Shown: piece by piece, positions 61,116 through 64,000 of the stretch
Layout of the letters: each line of letters opens with the position of its first letter
Position numbering within the stretch: the stretch's first letter is position 1
Assembly: GCA_030390025.1 (NCBI GenBank)
Contig: JASTWF010000033.1
Coordinates: forward strand, 1,304,001 to 1,368,000
From: Squalus acanthias
Taxonomy: Eukaryota
Direction of reading: 5' to 3'
Length of the DNA: 64,000 bases
Program-made: the position numbers and the translations under genes
The notes under the pieces: model-generated
Databases searched by the model: none
The model's input: only the letters and a program-made list of their open reading frames with translations
Told to the model about the DNA's origin: nothing

Positions 61116-64000
61116 CATAGAAGGAGGCCATTTGGCCCGTCGGGCCCGTGCCAGCTCTCTGCAAGAGAAATTCGACGAGACCCACTCCCCTTCCCTGTCC
61201 CCGTAGCCCTGATAATTTTACTTCACGTACTTATCCAATTCTTTTTGAAAGCCACGATTGAATCTGCCTCCACCACCTTTTCAGGCAGGGCATTCCAGAT
61301 CATAACCACTCGTTGCTTCATTTTTTTTCCCCTCATGTCGTCTTTGCTTCTTCTGCCAATCACCTTAAATCTGTTTCCTCTGGTTCTCGACCCTTCCGCC
61401 AATGGGCACAGTTTCCCTCTATCTACTCTGACTATACACCTCATGATTTTGATACCTCTATCAAATCTCCTCTCAAACTTCACTGCTTTAAGGAGAACAA
61501 CCCCAGCTTCTCCAGTCTATCCATGTAACTGAAGTCCCTCATACCTGGAACCATTCTTGTAAATCTTTTCTGCATCCTCACTGAGGCCATCACATCCTTC
61601 CTAAAGTGCGGTGCCATGAATTGGACACAATGCTGCAGTTGAGACCGAAATAGCGTTTTGTAAAGGTTCATCATAACTTCCGTGCTTTTCTACTCTCTGC
61701 CTCTATTTATGAAGCCCAGGATCCTGCTTTCTCAACCTACCCTGCCATCTTCAACGATTTGTGCACATATACCCACAGGTTGCTCTGTTCATGCAACCAC
61801 TTCAGAATTGTACCCTAAAGTTTATATTCCCTCTTTTCATTCTTCCTACCGAAATGTATCATTCGCACGTTTCTGCGTTAAATTTCATCTGCCAGGTGTC
61901 CAGCGATTCAGTCAGCCTATCTATGTCTTCTTGAAGTCTATCACTATACTCCTTATTGTTCACTATACTTCCAAGTTTTGTTTCATCTGCAAATTTTGAA
62001 ATTGTGCCCTGTATACCCAAGTCCAAGTCATTAATATATATCAAGTAAAGCAGTGATCCTGGTACTGGCCCCTGGGGAACACCACTGCATACTTTCCTCC
62101 AGTCTGAAAAACAACCGCTCACCACTACTCTCTGGGCCAGAAATTCGGCTCTCCGGCTTCCTGTGGGTGCAAGCATCGCGCGCATACTTACCTACCGTGC
62201 CTGCCGTTGAGCTTTGGGCCCACGAGGAATTCGGGTCCTGGGCCTCCTGCAGCTTCCGGCGCGCAGTGCTCGCGTATTGCAGGGGCGCAGTTAGTTCGAA
62301 GCGTCCCCTGGGATCACGTGGGCCATGCAGAGCCAATCCTAGCAGGGCATTTTCATTCATAGATTTCACAGGAAGACCTGTCAAATCTAAGAATAGAGAT
62401 CGGCCGCTAAACCAGATTAAAACTTCAAATAAATTTAAAAAAATACATCACATTTTTAAAATAACTATAAATTACATAAATTAACTACTTTAAACAAAAG
62501 TTTAAATTTTTGAAAAAATTAATTACACTTTTTAACGATGCTAAAAATAAACTTTCCTTTCTTTAAAGTATGTAAAAAAAGTAAACCTTTTGAAAAAATG
62601 TTTAAATTGTAATTAATTAACCAATTACCTTGTTAAAAACAGGCCTTGCACCTCCTTTTTAAATGTGCAGTTTCTCCATACTTACCCTCACGGAGAAAGC
62701 TGACATAAACGAAGTTTGCTGCATGCGCGCTGCCTCTCCCGCAGACGTGTTCGACTTCTGAACCCCTTCCTTCAGTGGAACGAAAGGTCCGATTTCCAGC
62801 GCATGCGCAGTGCATGCGTGAAACCGGCACTTCAGGTGGCCTTACGGGTGAGTACACAGCGCGTACTCACCTGACAAAAGCCGAATTTCTGGCCCACTGT
62901 TTCCTGTCACATTGCCAATTTCGTGCCATGCTGCCACTGTCCCTTTTATTCCATGGGCTTCAACTTTTCTGGCAATCCTATTATCTGGCACTTTATCAAA
63001 CGCCTTTTTGAAGTCCATGTACACCACATCAACCGCATTGCCCTCATCAACACTCTCTGTTACCTCATCAAAAAACTACTCAAGTTAGTTAAACATGATT
63101 TGCCTTTGACAAATCCGTGCAGGCTTTCCATAGTTATTCCACACTTGTCCAAGTGACTGTTCCTTATGTCCCGGATTATCGTTTCTAAAAGCTTCCCCAC
63201 TATCGGGGTTAAACTGGCTGGTCTGTGGTTGCTGGGTTTATCCTTCCAGCCTTTTTTTGAACAAGGGTGTAACATTTGCAATTCTCCTTTCCTCTGGCAT
63301 CACCCCTGTATATAAAGAGGATTGGAAGATTATGGCCAGTACCTCCGCAATTTCCACCATTACCTCCCTCAGTATCCTAGAATGCATCCCATCCCGTCCT
63401 GGTGACTTATCTACTTTAAGTTCTGCCAGCCATTCTACTACCTCCTCTTTACCTATTTTTATCCCATCCAGTATCTCATCTACCTCCTCTTTCATTAAGA
63501 CTTTGGCATCATTCCTTCCTTGGTAAAGACAGATGCAGAGTATTCATTTAGTACATCAGCCATGCCCTCTGTTTCCATGCATAGGTCTCCCTTTTGGTCC
63601 CTAAACGATCCCACCCCTCCTCTTACTACCCGTTTATTATTTATACGCATATATAAGACTTTTGGATTCCATTTTTTGTTAGCTGTCAGTCTATTCTCCT
63701 GCTCTCTTTTCCCCTCGTATTTCCTTTTTCACTTCAACTCTGAACTTTCTATATTCAGCCTGGTTCTCACTTGTATTCTCAACCAGACATCTGTCATACT
63801 CCCCCTTTTCCTCCTTCATCTTATTCTCCATCTCTTTCATCATCCAGGGAGCTCTGGCTTTTGTTGCCCTACCGTTCCCCTTGTGGGAAAGTACCTCGGC
63901 AGTACCCAAACCATCTCCTCTTTAAAGGCAGCCCCTTGTTCAATTACAGTTTTGCCTGCCAATCTTTGATTCCAAATTACCCAGGCGAGATCAGTTCTCA
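61116..64000 (-). mobile_element. Degenerate CR1 LINE ORF2 running to the window end, interrupted by a TIR element
   Basis: Fragments with KSPGRDGMH, DFKKAFDKVP, GVPQG, KFADETK and NALPEKVVEA. Confidence 0.9.
62134..62895. mobile_element. Non-autonomous DNA transposon (MITE, PIF/Harbinger-like), 762 bp
   Basis: Perfect 17-bp TIRs GGGCCAGAAATTCGGCT / AGCCGAATTTCTGGCCC; 3-bp flanks TCT/ACT; removing it restores the CR1 sequence ACTACTCTCTGTTTCC. Confidence 0.88.

Overview
Repeat-rich vertebrate genomic DNA, most likely a cartilaginous fish (shark), judged from the CR1/L2/Penelope repeat styles and the NLR exon structure; this assignment is inference. One host gene is visible: a + strand NOD-like receptor. 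I reconstructed seven exons with GT-AG boundaries and matching phases (21900-22066, 29829-30000, 30094-30159, 38393-40130, 44478-44564, 44706-44873, 45043-45130). They splice into an uninterrupted 828-codon frame: death-fold-like N-terminus, FISNA-like segment, NACHT, short LRR. The start-codon exon is not established. The rest is satellites and minisatellites, many CR1-type LINEs (one near full length with an esterase ORF1), a Gypsy integrase/LTR fragment, a Penelope-like GIY-YIG element, two solo LTRs, a TIR element and a 200-N assembly gap. A ~14.7-kb array of ~1.8-kb units starts right after the NLR stop codon; seven units carry a palindromic Penelope-derived cassette with two divergent hammerhead-ribozyme-like motifs. 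I could not support any rRNA, tRNA or CRISPR array.
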